NCBI GenBank assembly: GCA_046597065.1 | Contig: JBKJLI010000003.1 | Location: forward strand, 72,219-136,218 | Reading direction: 5' to 3' | DNA: 64,000 nucleotides | Source of the DNA: Candidatus Saccharimonadia bacterium | GTDB lineage: Bacteria > Patescibacteriota > Saccharimonadia > UBA4664 > SCTI01 | Translations under genes and position numbers: made by a program | The notes under the pieces: generated by a model | Told to the model about the DNA's origin: nothing | What the model saw: only the letters and a program-made list of their open reading frames with translations | The model's database searches: none | In this document: piece by piece, positions 47,720 to 58,732 of the stretch | Numbering within the stretch: position 1 is the first letter of the stretch | How the letters are laid out: each line of letters begins with the position of its first letter

Positions 47720-48090
47720 TGAGCACAATCGTCCCTCTAGAGCATCACAAATATGATCTATTAATGAAGAATAAAAATCCCATGGCACTTAGGCTTAATG
47801 ATTCACATCATCAGAATATTCAAGTTGGAGACGTTGTTGAATACAGTGGTCATAACACGATTATGGATCGCCAACGCTTTAAGGTGGTAGGGCGCTTTGA
47901 TCATGATACGGTGCGCTCGGCGGTATCAGCGATTGAGCATTCTAGTTTATCTACCCTCGATAAAATAAAAATGAGTGAAGGGTTTTTAGATCATCATGGT
48001 ACGGCTGCCCAGTCACATTCAGTGGTAGCTTTGCAGCTTGCACCTCACCCTGGTGGTCCGTCGCTTCGATCGGTACCCACAAGGCTGTAA
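47719..48090 (+). CDS. ASCH/PUA-like domain protein
   Basis: LRLND...IQVGDVV...VVALQL pattern. Confidence 0.5.
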   Translation: MSTIVPLEHHKYDLLMKNKNPMALRLNDSHHQNIQVGDVVEYSGHNTIMDRQRFKVVGRFDHDTVRSAVSAIEHSSLSTLDKIKMSEGFLDHHGTAAQSHSVVALQLAPHPGGPSLRSVPTRL

Positions 48091-48235
48091 ATTTCGTTAC
48101 GAAATCCGCCTTCTTAAGCCATAAAGTACTTAATCTCATCTGTAAAACCAAAATGGCTGTGCTTGCACGGCCGACCACCGAAGCCTATATTTAATAACGT
48201 CCTTATTGCAGTACCGATGAGTTAAGGAGGGTGCA

Positions 48236-48427
48236 GTGCCAACTGCTTCCGCACCGCACCGTCGCCACGGAACTGGGCGATCATGGTCACCAAAAGTCAC
48301 TGGGTGGCCAAAGCCAGATCCGTTGCCAGAGGGAGTTCGGCGAGCGCTTGATTCGCTGGCCAAAGATGGCCGCAGACCACGCCCTGCTTCCAACTCCCAC
48401 ACCAGAACTTTGAGGTTGCCGGTGTAG
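48236..48427 (+). CDS. Putative 63-aa basic small protein
   Basis: TTGCAC-17-TATATT promoter (48163-48191), AAGGAGG 5 nt before GTG, 13-bp UUCG hairpin at 48535-48564. Confidence 0.45.
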   Translation: MPTASAPHRRHGTGRSWSPKVTGWPKPDPLPEGVRRALDSLAKDGRRPRPASNSHTRTLRLPV

Positions 48428-48707
48428 CCGAGCGTAGAAAATTTTGGCAGTTGCCAGAACTCACTCACGCAAAACACACCAAAAACCTCACCACCTACTT
48501 TTCCCAGCTGCATCCCCTGCCTGCTGGGTGAAGAGCGGGATCGTCGATTCGTCGACGGTCCCGCATTAATTTCTTAACTAAAAATTAAAGCGCTTGAGCT
48601 TTGGAAACAGCAGTAGCATAATGAAAACTAGAATGGTGAGGTGGAGTTATCTTACCGTTCGCTTTGAAAATCAGTACTACATACAACCTTCGGAAGGGGA
48701 CCAAACC

Positions 48708-49877
48708 ATGGTCGTCGTATCTTTGGACGCATCTGTGCATGATGCCGTCCAAGGGGCGGTGATTGCGGAAAGGCCGAACCTCAAGCTCATTAGTGGCGAG
48801 CATCGCATCGACGGCCCCTATCGGGGTACCGAGTTGCGCCAAGCACGCCAGTATTACGATCCTCGCAAGATCGAAACACTGGCCAGCAGTATAAAGCTGT
48901 ATGGACTCTTTAGCCCGGTCGAGCTCGTAACACTTGATGCGGCAAAGGCGGAGGAGTATCTGCATGTCTGGAATCGGGTCTGGCAAACCAGCTACACCCT
49001 TGATGACATTCCCCTTGGGCCATCCGGCCTTTATGAGATTGTCGTCACCGGGCACTGCCGGCGTCGAGCTGGAATAGCGCTGTGCGAAGCCGGTAAACCG
49101 CCGAAAGATTGGCCGATCAAGATCGTTGATTTGACGCCGATTGAAGCGCTCGACCGCCAGCTTCACGAGAACATCCACACCCTTCCCGAAGCATGGGAGG
49201 ATGCCGAGTGCATCTACCGGATGTGGAGATTTGCCGAAGAGACAACGGGAGTCGCACCGTCGATAGCGGAGCTGGCCCGGAAAGCTGGACGCTCCGAGAG
49301 TGCCGTTCGCGGATACCTCAAGTTCGCCGAGGCGCCGGAGTGTGTACAAGATGCAGTTCGTACACACTCGATCCCTTACGGCATAGGGCTGTTGCTTGGG
49401 TCTGCGGTTTCGGTTGGTGCTATCACGCAGATGGACTGCGCCGAGCACTGGCTGCCGCTAGGCACCCTGCCTGGTCAGACCGTCGAAGTGTTCGCAAAGT
49501 CAATGAAGGATCGGATCGACCAAGCACGGCTTGGACAAGAAGATCTGTTTGGCGATCTCGACACCCAGGCAGTCAGAGAGGCCTACGAGAACGACCGTCT
49601 GGCGATCGTTTTGCCCGAGATGGTACGCCGTCTCACCGAGAATCATCGCTACTTTAGGGTGGTTCTTGATCTGGCAGTTGCCGGTAAGCTAGGCCGGGAT
49701 GGTCCTTCTGGGATATTCTCGGCTGCAAGCCCGGCCCGCCACTTGATGGACGTGATCTCGTTGCTGGAGCAGCTACTTCCACACCTCAAAACCGCACTGA
49801 CTCAAGCCGATCATGACCGCGCCGAGGCGGTTCTGGCTGAGGTCGCATCGGTACTACCGGCGCTGATAGCGGTTTAG
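48708..49877 (+). CDS. Orphan ParB-like protein (ParB-N + HTH)
   Basis: QARQYYDPRKIETLASSIKLYGLFSPV, TGHCRRRA, QLHENI, SIAELARKAGRSESAV HTH; SD AAGGGGA. Confidence 0.75.
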   Translation: MVVVSLDASVHDAVQGAVIAERPNLKLISGEHRIDGPYRGTELRQARQYYDPRKIETLASSIKLYGLFSPVELVTLDAAKAEEYLHVWNRVWQTSYTLDDIPLGPSGLYEIVVTGHCRRRAGIALCEAGKPPKDWPIKIVDLTPIEALDRQLHENIHTLPEAWEDAECIYRMWRFAEETTGVAPSIAELARKAGRSESAVRGYLKFAEAPECVQDAVRTHSIPYGIGLLLGSAVSVGAITQMDCAEHWLPLGTLPGQTVEVFAKSMKDRIDQARLGQEDLFGDLDTQAVREAYENDRLAIVLPEMVRRLTENHRYFRVVLDLAVAGKLGRDGPSGIFSAASPARHLMDVISLLEQLLPHLKTALTQADHDRAEAVLAEVASVLPALIAV

Positions 49878-50040
49878 TTCTTGCCTCTGGAGGGCAAGGA
49901 GCGGGCGGCGGGCTAGTCGGGGAAATGGGGCCCGTCGGCCAACGAAGTACTGATTACCCGGTCTCTCGATCAGAGGGGCCGGGTTTTCGGTATCAACGAT
50001 TTTCGCTCTTTATTCGGCCAACAGGTGGTACAATACCGTT

Positions 50041-51792
50041 ATGAACGAAGTGGAGTTGGTTAAAGAGCGGCTAGATATTGCCGATGTCATTGGCGATTAT
50101 GTGCAGTTGCGCCCGGCCGGCCGAAACCTAAAGGCACCATGCCCGTTCCACCACGAAAAAACTGCCAGTTTTATGGTAAGCCCCGAAAAAGGGATTTGGC
50201 ATTGCTTTGGCTGCAATGAAGGCGGTGATGTAATTACCTTTGTGATGAAGTACGAAGGTATGGAGTTTCGGCCAGCCTTGGAAATGTTGGCCAAGCGCGC
50301 CGGTATTGAGCTTAAGGCACGTGGGTCAGGGGATAGTCAAAAGTCTAAGCAAGAGTTAGAGCGCTTGCGCGAGGCTACGGCTATGGCGGTACGTTACTTT
50401 CAGGAATCATTAATAAAGAATAAAGATGCCTTGGCCTACGCTCAGGCACGCGGCTTAAAGCGTCAAACTGTGGCCGACTTTCAGATTGGTTACGCGCCAG
50501 ATGATTGGAACGCACTGGGCCATTACTTGGTTAAAAAGGGCTTTAATGAGGCTGAATTAAAGCGAGCTGGCCTAGTTGGGCAACGTGATGGTCGCACGTC
50601 TACATATGATATGTTTCGAGCGCGATTGGTTTTTACTATCTGCGACGCTTCTGGGACGCCGGTAGGATTTACCGGTCGGGTACTATCTGATGACCAAATG
50701 CCGAAGTATTTAAATACACCCCAAACTCCTTTGTACGATAAAAGTCGCGTAATTTACGGCCTACATTTAGCCAAAGAGGCCATTAGAGAACATGACGAGG
50801 TGGTACTGGTAGAGGGAAATATGGATGTGGTAGCTAGTCATCAGGCCGGGGTAAAGCAGGTAGTGGCGGTTAGCGGGACAGCCTTAACCGAACAGCAGCT
50901 AAAAGCGCTGAGCCGGCTGACCAAAAACCTCAAGCTGTGCTTTGATGGCGACGCCGCCGGCCTGCGTGCCACCGAGCGGGCGATTGAGCTTAGCCAGGGC
51001 CTGGGTATCAATTTAGCGGTGATAACTTTGCCCGACGCCAAAGATCCCGATGAGCTAATTGCCAAAAATCTGCCCGCTTGGAAGCAAGCAATCGCTAATG
51101 CTCAGTACGCGATTGACTATTTGTTTGAGGCTTTGGCAAGCCAATATGACTTAAATAGTGCTGCCGGAAAGCGTGGATATAGCGATCATTTGAGTACAAA
51201 TCTGCGCCAACTTTCGGACCCAGTAGAACGTGAACACTATGTTAGTTTACTGGCCACCAAACTTTCGACTACCGAAGAGGCTATCCGCCAAAAATTAGCC
51301 GGCCGGAATCAAGCCAGCCTTCCAGTTTCGGCCACCAAAATACCGGCTACTGTAGTGGTACCTAAAGCCCGACCTGCCAAGCAGCTGCTAGAAGAGTCGG
51401 TACTAGCCCTAAACCTAGCTTATCCAGAAGTGCGCTTGAGTTTAGAAGAGCTAACCCCGGCCCACTTTTCTGACCCCGATCACCAGATGATCGTTGAAAC
51501 TCTACAGCGGGTTGGCACAGATAGAGTGGATGCCATCGCCCAACACTTGCCAAACCAATCCGATTATGTCAAAATACTGGCATTGAGGGGCGAAGAAGAG
51601 TATGGCTCATTCGCTCCCGCAGATCGCAGCTTAGAGGCCTTCGAGCTGGTTAGACGACTGCAAACCGCTTCAAATAAAGACACCCAGACTAAATTGCAAA
51701 AAAAACTGCGTGAAGCCCAAGCCAGTGGCGACACGCAACTTGTACATACGTTACTCGGCCAATACCAAGCATTGGTCGGTGACGGAGATTAA
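50041..51792 (+). CDS. dnaG: DNA primase
   Basis: [11 protein letters not shown] zinc finger, KYLNTP, VEGNMDV, FDGDAAG, KDPDE. Confidence 0.97.
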   Translation: MNEVELVKERLDIADVIGDYVQLRPAGRNLKAPCPFHHEKTASFMVSPEKGIWHCFGCNEGGDVITFVMKYEGMEFRPALEMLAKRAGIELKARGSGDSQKSKQELERLREATAMAVRYFQESLIKNKDALAYAQARGLKRQTVADFQIGYAPDDWNALGHYLVKKGFNEAELKRAGLVGQRDGRTSTYDMFRARLVFTICDASGTPVGFTGRVLSDDQMPKYLNTPQTPLYDKSRVIYGLHLAKEAIREHDEVVLVEGNMDVVASHQAGVKQVVAVSGTALTEQQLKALSRLTKNLKLCFDGDAAGLRATERAIELSQGLGINLAVITLPDAKDPDELIAKNLPAWKQAIANAQYAIDYLFEALASQYDLNSAAGKRGYSDHLSTNLRQLSDPVEREHYVSLLATKLSTTEEAIRQKLAGRNQASLPVSATKIPATVVVPKARPAKQLLEESVLALNLAYPEVRLSLEELTPAHFSDPDHQMIVETLQRVGTDRVDAIAQHLPNQSDYVKILALRGEEEYGSFAPADRSLEAFELVRRLQTASNKDTQTKLQKKLREAQASGDTQLVHTLLGQYQALVGDGD

Positions 51793-51827
51793 TATGGCGC
51801 CCAGCAGGCGTCTTAGAAGGAGTTATT

Positions 51828-52937
51828 TTGGCCAAAAAAGCTGCCCCCGCACCCGAAGAAAAAGAAACTCATTATAGTCCTGAAGTCGATCGCCTGATTC
51901 AAAAGGGTAAAGAACAGGGCTTTGTGACCCAACAAGAGGTATCGCAGGTCTTTCCCGATGCCGAAGAAAACGTCGATGAGCTTGATGAGCTCTATGCTGC
52001 TCTGCTCGAAAACGGCGTAGAGCTAACCGACCAAAAAGATCGTCTGATTTGGGACAACGAGTCCGATGAAGCCGAATCAGCCACCGAGTCCGATGATTAC
52101 GTTAAGGACATTGCTGATGATTCAGTACGGCTGTACTTGCGCGAAATTGGCCGCGTACCACTACTAACCGCCGCCGAAGAGGTAGAGCTGGCCAAGCGAA
52201 TTGCTAAGGGTGATAAGGCCGCCAAAGACAAGATGGTCGAAGCCAACCTGCGTTTGGTAGTATCGATTGCCAAAAAGTACATTGGCCGTGGGTTAGACCT
52301 GTTAGATTTGATTCAAGAGGGTTCTAGCGGCTTGCTGCGTGCCGTTGAAAAGTTTGACTACACCAAGGGATTTAAGTTTAGTACCTACGCCACATGGTGG
52401 ATCCGCCAGGCCATTACCCGCGCCATTGCCGACCAGGCCCGCACCATCCGCATTCCGGTGCACATGGTTGAAACCATAAACAAGTTAATCCGTACCCAGC
52501 GTCGTTTGGTCCAAGAGCTTGGTCGCGAGCCACTGCCAGAAGAGATCGCTGCCGAGATGGAGATTGATGTCGATAAGGTAAATCACATCTTAAAAATCAA
52601 GCAGGATATCGTCTCGCTAGAAAGTCCAGTTGGCGACGATAAAGACTCCAGCCTGAGTGAGTTCATTGAGGATGTAGACGGCAAGCAGCCTCACGAAATG
52701 GCCGCCGACCAGCTGCTAAAAGAGCAGGTGGGAGAGGTGCTTGCGCTGTTAACCCCGCGCGAGCAAAAGATTTTGCGGATGCGCTTTGGGCTAGAAGACG
52801 GCCGCAGCCACACCCTAGAAGAGGTTGGCTTAGAGTTTGGTGTCACAAGAGAACGTATTCGCCAAATTGAGGCCAAGGCCTTAACCAAGTTGCGCAAGCA
52901 TCGCGAAAGTAAAAAGCTTAAAGACTACTTGGCTTAA
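51828..52937 (+). CDS. rpoD: Primary sigma factor
   Basis: [45 protein letters not shown]. Confidence 0.97.
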   Translation: MAKKAAPAPEEKETHYSPEVDRLIQKGKEQGFVTQQEVSQVFPDAEENVDELDELYAALLENGVELTDQKDRLIWDNESDEAESATESDDYVKDIADDSVRLYLREIGRVPLLTAAEEVELAKRIAKGDKAAKDKMVEANLRLVVSIAKKYIGRGLDLLDLIQEGSSGLLRAVEKFDYTKGFKFSTYATWWIRQAITRAIADQARTIRIPVHMVETINKLIRTQRRLVQELGREPLPEEIAAEMEIDVDKVNHILKIKQDIVSLESPVGDDKDSSLSEFIEDVDGKQPHEMAADQLLKEQVGEVLALLTPREQKILRMRFGLEDGRSHTLEEVGLEFGVTRERIRQIEAKALTKLRKHRESKKLKDYLA

Positions 52938-53011
52938 GCAGATAATTTTTCACCAAGTTGCGCCCGTTTGGGCGCTTTTTGGTATGATGGGGTTATAAAA
53001 GCGGGGTAGTT

Positions 53012-53488
53012 TTGAGCGGAGTTGATGGTCAGGAGAGTTTGTTTGATGAAGGTGCAAAAAAGGCGGAGGTTGGAGCCGTCACAAATGAGTATGCCGGCTT
53101 AGATAAACCCGAAGATGGTAGCCAAGAGGGTATCATGTCAGAGATTGGGCGCTTAGAACGAGAGAATGATGAACTACAGGAGAAAATCAATGAAATGGTT
53201 GATAGTAATAACCCCAATTCTACAAAACCATTATTTGATAAGATAGCGAAAAACAACTCTAGAATTCTCGTTTTAGGCACCAAGCTTTCCGATTTGCCAC
53301 CTAAGCCCCATTTTACAGCCGAAGAACTTAAAGAGGCTTTAGCCGAAAGAGATGCCAACGAAGCTGAAGCAGCCGAGGCTGCCAGTTCTTTGGCAGATAC
53401 CGAAAAGCCGGGGATACCACCACTTACAGAAGATGAGTTAGACCCAGAAGAACAACACCATCTTAATGACCCCGGCACTAGCCACTAG
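53012..53488 (+). CDS. Acidic coiled-coil hypothetical protein
   Basis: Glu/Asp-rich ORF with upstream promoter-like TGGTATGAT. Confidence 0.55.
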   Translation: MSGVDGQESLFDEGAKKAEVGAVTNEYAGLDKPEDGSQEGIMSEIGRLERENDELQEKINEMVDSNNPNSTKPLFDKIAKNNSRILVLGTKLSDLPPKPHFTAEELKEALAERDANEAEAAEAASSLADTEKPGIPPLTEDELDPEEQHHLNDPGTSH

Positions 53489-53535
53489 CCACAGCGGCAG
53501 GGGGTTGTGGGCCCACGCTATATCTAGTATAGTAA

Positions 53536-53752
53536 TAGGTGGATTGTCCACGATCAAAGGAGGTTTCTCCACGCTCCATAGAGCCACTCAGTTTTGTGGC
53601 CCCTAAGGGCATCGTCGCATCACTCGTACGGACGGACATGAAGTCCCGGGGTACAAGCAGTAATACCTCGCGAGTAGAATGCCAGAGGCGATGGCCGCAC
53701 CTAGAACCACCTGACTCAAGACCCTCAGGTCTCAAAGATCAAGGAGTAGCAA
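53536..53752 (+). promoter_or_regulatory. Structured ~210-nt 5' leader of the rpf operon
   Basis: TTGTGG-17-TATAGT promoter; closing TAGGTG/CACCTA helix with nested hairpins; AAGGAG SD. Confidence 0.5.
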
Positions 53753-54292
53753 GTGCGACGATCTACACTGACACTCGTTCTCGTGCTTTTTGCGTTGAGC
53801 GTTTCGCTGGCCTATGGTCAGTCGTCAACGGGCCGTGCACGGCCCTCGACAGTGCACGCCGTTGGTCTGGCCGCGAGGCTAAGCCCAACCGAACCCAGTC
53901 TTAAGACGCAGATGCGTCGCGAGGCTGAACAAAATCTGGCCCGAAAGTTGCGTCGCGTGCGACGCCACCATCTGGCCTACATCAAAAAGGCCGAGCGGGC
54001 TCTAGCGGCTCGTTTGGCAAAGCAAGCGTCAACTCCGGTTGTCGCGACCGCCACATCCGTTGGTGGTAACTCTACTTTGGCGGCCATAGCGGCTTGCGAG
54101 AGTGGGGGTAACCCCAGGGCGGTCAGTGCCAGCGGCAGCTACCGCGGCCTATTCCAGTTTGACTATGGAACATGGGCCTCGGTTGGCGGCCAAGGCGATC
54201 CGGCGGCAGCGTCGGCCAGCGAGCAGTATGCTCGTGCAGCCATGTTGTATGCCAGATCAGGGTCGGCACCTTGGCCGGTTTGTGGTCGGTGA
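53753..54292 (+). CDS. Secreted resuscitation-promoting factor (Rpf)-like transglycosylase
   Basis: Signal peptide; IAACESGGNP...YRGLFQFDYGTWASVGG...AASASEQ...PWPVCG. Confidence 0.88.
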   Translation: MRRSTLTLVLVLFALSVSLAYGQSSTGRARPSTVHAVGLAARLSPTEPSLKTQMRREAEQNLARKLRRVRRHHLAYIKKAERALAARLAKQASTPVVATATSVGGNSTLAAIAACESGGNPRAVSASGSYRGLFQFDYGTWASVGGQGDPAAASASEQYARAAMLYARSGSAPWPVCGR

Positions 54293-54768
54293 TGACAATG
54301 ATCATCAACCGCACGCTAGTCACGGTGGCGGTACTATTGGCCACCCTTGTGTCGCTTGCGACACCGGTGTTGGTCCAGGCCACGACCCAAACGTCTGGAG
54401 CTCGCTCCGAACGCGTTGTTTCAGGCCACAAGGCACCCCGCTCGTACTGGATGGTTCATCAGCACGGCAAGCTGGTGGTCCATCCCAAGCTGCTGGCGAA
54501 ACATCTCAGCAACTTGAAGTTCGGCCGTAAACATTGGCCCAACTTGCGCAGGCTGTGGAGCAATGAGTCGGGATGGAACCCACTCGCTCGTAACCGCAGC
54601 ACCGGTGCTTGCGGAATTCCCCAAGCCAACCCCTGCAGCAAGATTCCCAAACCTGGCTCGATTAAGAGCCAGATCATTTGGGGTCTCAACTACATCAAGG
54701 CTCGCTACGGCAACCCGACGGCCGCGCTGTTCTTCTGGAACTCGCGCCGGCCTTACGGTTGGTACTAG
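54292..54768 (+). CDS. Secreted lytic transglycosylase (actinobacterial-type SLT)
   Basis: Signal peptide; LWSNESGWNPLARN...GACGIPQANP...QIIWGLNYIKARYG...WY. Confidence 0.82.
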   Translation: MTMIINRTLVTVAVLLATLVSLATPVLVQATTQTSGARSERVVSGHKAPRSYWMVHQHGKLVVHPKLLAKHLSNLKFGRKHWPNLRRLWSNESGWNPLARNRSTGACGIPQANPCSKIPKPGSIKSQIIWGLNYIKARYGNPTAALFFWNSRRPYGWY

Positions 54769-54880
54769 CCAGCACATGGGCGGTTAGTTTTCGCCCCGGA
54801 GAAGCCTTGGTTTTTCCGGGGCTTCTTCACGCCCAAATAACCCGCTGCCGCGCCACATATTAAGATATAATGATTGCATT

Positions 54881-57598
54881 ATGTCGAAGAAAGAGCGCTT
54901 GGTTTTGGTGGATGGCAGCGCGGTGTTTCACCGCGGCTATCACGCTATCCCACACCTTTCAAATGCCAGTGGCGAGCCCACCAATGCCACCTATGGCTAC
55001 ACCCTAGCCTTGCTAAAAACCCTGTCAGACTTAAAACCCAAGTACGCCATCGTGGCCTGGGACAAATCTGGCGACACCTTTCGAAAAGATATGTACCCGC
55101 AGTACAAGGCCCACCGCAAAAAGCAGCCCGATGATTTGTATGCTCAAATTCCTGATACCAAAGCCGTTACCGAAGCACTTGGTCTGCCCTGGATTGAGCT
55201 GGAAAAGTTTGAGGCCGATGACATTATTGGCACCTTGGCTCGTCAGGCCGAAGAGCGAGGCTTTGAAACCATAATCGTTAGCGGTGATCGCGATGAGCTG
55301 CAGCTGATTGATAGTAATACCACGGTACAGCTATTTAATCCGGCCAAACGCTCAACCACCACTTATGACCTAGCGGCCATGCAAGATCAGTATGGCTTGA
55401 CCCCACAGCAGTTCATCGACTACAAGGCACTGCTTGGAGATGCTAGTGATAATATTCCGGGCGTCCCCGGTATCGGTGATGTTGGCGCACGCAAGCTGCT
55501 GGCCGAGTATAAAACTTTAGATGGCATTTATGAGAATTTGGATAAAATCAGTGGCAAAGTGCATGACTATCTGGCCGAAAATAAGCAGCTGGCCTACTTG
55601 AGCCTAGAGCTATCTACCATCGTTTTGGATGCGCCGGTAGAGCTCGATTTAAAGCCGGCCACGGTTGGTCATTACGACCGCCAGCAAATCCACGAGCTAT
55701 TTCGCCGCCTGGAGTTCCGCACGCTGCTAGATAAACTTCCACCCGAACTCACCAGTGCCCCAACGTTGTTCGATGATGCAGTAACGGTAGAAAAGGAGCG
55801 CAAGCATCTGAAATCGGCCCGCTATACTGCCGTAACCACACCTAGCCAACTGGCTGATCTGGCTAAGATTCTATACTCGTCCAAGGCTTTTGCATTTGAT
55901 ACCGAAACCACCAGCGTTGATGACAATAGTGCCGAGTTGGTTGGGATCTCCGCCTGTCTTAAAGAGGGTGAAGCTTATTACATCCCGGTTGCCCACAAAC
56001 AAGGGCCACAACTGGGTATGAAAACGGTAATAGAGGCGCTGCGCCCGGCCTTTGAAGATCCTAAAATTGGCAAAGTGGCCCACAATGCCAAATATGATTA
56101 CAAGGTGCTGGCCCGTCATGGGTTAACCCCTAGCCCAATCAGCTTCGACACTATGATCGCGGCCTTCATGCTCAATCCACTAGGACGCAGCCAGTCGCTG
56201 GATAACCTGGCCTATAACGAGTTTGGAATCGAAATGATCCCCATTAGTGATCTAATTGGGAGCGGTCGTAGCCAAACCACTTTCGACCACGTTGATATTG
56301 AGACTGCTACCACTTATGCCGCGGAGGATGCTGACATAACTTGGCGGTTGTATCAACGCATGGCCCCTCAGATCAAAACGGCGGGGCTAACCAAGCTAGC
56401 TGAAACCACCGAGTGGCCTTTAATTGAAGTACTTTCCCAGATGGAGCTAACTGGCATAAAGCTAGATGTCGACTTTTTGCATAATCTGAGCAAAAAGTTT
56501 GCCATCGACATTAAAAAATGTGAGCAAAAAATCTGGGAGGCCGCCGGTGAACAGTTTAATGTTTCATCACCAGCGCAGTTGGCCAACATTTTGTACGAAA
56601 AGTTGGGCCTAGATAAGTCCGGTGTAAAAAAGGGTAAGACCGGCTACAGCACGGCCGCCACCGAGCTCGATAAGCTGCGAGACGCCCATCCCATCATCCC
56701 GCTGATAAGTGAGTTCCGAGAGCTGTCAAAGCTACAGAACACCTACGTCATCACCCTACCGGAACAAGTTGATAAGTACGATCGTGTGCATACCTCATTT
56801 AATCAAACCATTGCCCAAACCGGGCGCCTTAATTCCACCAACCCAAACCTCCAGAATATACCGGTACGCACAGGAGTGGGCCGCCAAATTAGAACCGCCT
56901 TTATAGCGCCCAAGGGCCGGGTGCTGATAAGCGCCGACTATTCTCAAATTGAGCTACGAGTGGCAGCAGCGCTTAGTGAAGACCAGGGTATGATTGACAC
57001 CTTTAAGCAGGGGATCGATCTACACTTGCAGACCGCCTCGGAGCTATTTAACGTTCCGCTGGATAAGGTAACCAAAGAGCAGCGCTACAGCTCTAAAACC
57101 ATCAACTTTGGCGTGCTTTACGGCCAAACCGCCCATGGCCTGAGCGTTTCCACCGGCATGACGCGCGAAGAGGCCGCCGTCTTTATTGAACGCTATTTTG
57201 AGTTACGTAAAACTCTTAAAGACTACATCGAGGGCTTAAAAGAGTTTGGCCGTAAGCATGGCTACACCGAAACCCTTTTAGGGCGCCGCCGACCTTGCCC
57301 CGAGATAACATCGAGCAATTTTATGATCCGTAGTGCTGCTGAGCGCATTGCCGTAAACGTACCAATTCAAGGCACCGCTGCCGACATTATGAAGATGGCC
57401 ATGGTCGCATTAATGCCTCAACTGCCCAAGGGAGCCGACCTACTATTACAAATTCACGATGAACTAATTGTGGAGTGTGACCAGACGCAGTCAGAAGAGG
57501 TTGAGGCCATTATGAAAGAAGTAATGGAGAGCGTTTACGATTTGGGTGTACCGATTGTTGTTGATACCGATAGCGGCCACAATTGGGGCGAGCTCTAG
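54881..57598 (+). CDS. polA: DNA polymerase I
   Basis: 5'-3' exo (EADDIIGT, GDASDNIPGV), 3'-5' exo (FDTET), polymerase (ADYSQIELR, QIHDEL). Confidence 0.98.
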   Translation: MSKKERLVLVDGSAVFHRGYHAIPHLSNASGEPTNATYGYTLALLKTLSDLKPKYAIVAWDKSGDTFRKDMYPQYKAHRKKQPDDLYAQIPDTKAVTEALGLPWIELEKFEADDIIGTLARQAEERGFETIIVSGDRDELQLIDSNTTVQLFNPAKRSTTTYDLAAMQDQYGLTPQQFIDYKALLGDASDNIPGVPGIGDVGARKLLAEYKTLDGIYENLDKISGKVHDYLAENKQLAYLSLELSTIVLDAPVELDLKPATVGHYDRQQIHELFRRLEFRTLLDKLPPELTSAPTLFDDAVTVEKERKHLKSARYTAVTTPSQLADLAKILYSSKAFAFDTETTSVDDNSAELVGISACLKEGEAYYIPVAHKQGPQLGMKTVIEALRPAFEDPKIGKVAHNAKYDYKVLARHGLTPSPISFDTMIAAFMLNPLGRSQSLDNLAYNEFGIEMIPISDLIGSGRSQTTFDHVDIETATTYAAEDADITWRLYQRMAPQIKTAGLTKLAETTEWPLIEVLSQMELTGIKLDVDFLHNLSKKFAIDIKKCEQKIWEAAGEQFNVSSPAQLANILYEKLGLDKSGVKKGKTGYSTAATELDKLRDAHPIIPLISEFRELSKLQNTYVITLPEQVDKYDRVHTSFNQTIAQTGRLNSTNPNLQNIPVRTGVGRQIRTAFIAPKGRVLISADYSQIELRVAAALSEDQGMIDTFKQGIDLHLQTASELFNVPLDKVTKEQRYSSKTINFGVLYGQTAHGLSVSTGMTREEAAVFIERYFELRKTLKDYIEGLKEFGRKHGYTETLLGRRRPCPEITSSNFMIRSAAERIAVNVPIQGTAADIMKMAMVALMPQLPKGADLLLQIHDELIVECDQTQSEEVEAIMKEVMESVYDLGVPIVVDTDSGHNWGEL

Positions 57599-57673
57599 CT
57601 AAACCTAAAGTCGACTTTACTAGCGCTGGCTGCTAGCCTTAGCGTACATTGAGCGGGTAACAACGGAGTATTA

Positions 57674-58387
57674 ATGAGCCACGAAGTTAAAATCCATGAA
57701 GCCCAAATCAGCATTCTGCGAGAGCTCTTATTTGTGCCCGAAGCTGGGTACGCCGATCTGCAAAAGCCCACCGGCTTAACCAGCGATCATTTTAACTTTC
57801 ACATTTCGCGGCTGGTCGAAATTGGCTTGGTCGAAAAGGTTGGTCGTGGCCGTTACCGCCTGACCCACAAGGGCAAGGAGTACTCAAATAAGCTTGATAC
57901 CGATGCCAACACCATTGAACGCCAGCCCAAGGTGGCGGTGCTACTGGCGGTCGAACGCATGCATGAAGGCACCAAGCAGCTACTGTTCCAGCAGCGCACC
58001 AAGAATCCGTTTTACGGTTACTGGGGTTTTCCTACCGGCAAAATGCGCTGGGGCGAAACCATTATTGAAACTGCCGGCCGCGAGCTAATGGAAGAGACCA
58101 ATCTTGAGGCCGATTACAAGATCGCCGGCGTTTACCATGAGCACGCCTATTTAGAAGGGCAGGCAGAGGCGGTAGAGGATAAGGTGTTCTTTGTAGTGCA
58201 CTGCACTAATGTGCGAGGTGAGTTGCTCGAAAAGTATGAAGGTGGCTTAAACCGCTGGGTGACACCCAACGAGGCGCGCAAGTTTGATAAACGATATACC
58301 AGCTTTGAAACCGAGATCGAAATGATCATGGGCACCAAGGGTGTGTTTGTTGAAGAAACACATCACTATACCAAAGATCAGTTTTAG
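57674..58387 (+). CDS. wHTH-NUDIX hydrolase fusion
   Basis: FNFHISRLVEIGLVEK wHTH; GKMRWGETIIETAGRELMEETNL Nudix box. Confidence 0.85.
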   Translation: MSHEVKIHEAQISILRELLFVPEAGYADLQKPTGLTSDHFNFHISRLVEIGLVEKVGRGRYRLTHKGKEYSNKLDTDANTIERQPKVAVLLAVERMHEGTKQLLFQQRTKNPFYGYWGFPTGKMRWGETIIETAGRELMEETNLEADYKIAGVYHEHAYLEGQAEAVEDKVFFVVHCTNVRGELLEKYEGGLNRWVTPNEARKFDKRYTSFETEIEMIMGTKGVFVEETHHYTKDQF

Positions 58388-58444
58388 TACTTAAGTAGCA
58401 AAAACCCCACCCGAGTGGGCAGGGAATCTGCTACTCAGATGGGG

Positions 58445-58660
58445 CTAGTTGGCCGACGGTCCACCGACCTCGCTCGGCTTGAGCTTGTGAGTCAGGTAGG
58501 CCGGAGCCTGAGGTCCACCGGGGTGGGGGTGGCGGCTGACATGTGAAGACGGGGTCTTGTGCGACGTGTCCTTGCTGGGGTGCTTGTCGTTGCCGAGCAT
58601 GATCACGAATATCGACAAGAGCGTGATGAACATTGCCATCGGGATTGCTTGAGATTCCAC
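58445..58660 (-). CDS. 71-aa small protein with one TM segment
   Basis: GGAGG SD before GTG; hydrophobic N-terminus, His/Pro-rich tail. Confidence 0.55.
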   Translation of the reverse strand: MESQAIPMAMFITLLSIFVIMLGNDKHPSKDTSHKTPSSHVSRHPHPGGPQAPAYLTHKLKPSEVGGPSAN

Positions 58661-58732
58661 AATTGCCTCCTATCTGAGGCTAGCGGGGGATGGGTTGCCC
58701 AGTTAGGGCCTGTACTCAGGGTTACCCTTTCG

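Noticed and set aside
53536-53752. c-di-AMP (ydaO) riboswitch before rpf
   Set aside because: The conserved GCYGAAUC and GGGGGAACC motifs were not found by eye.
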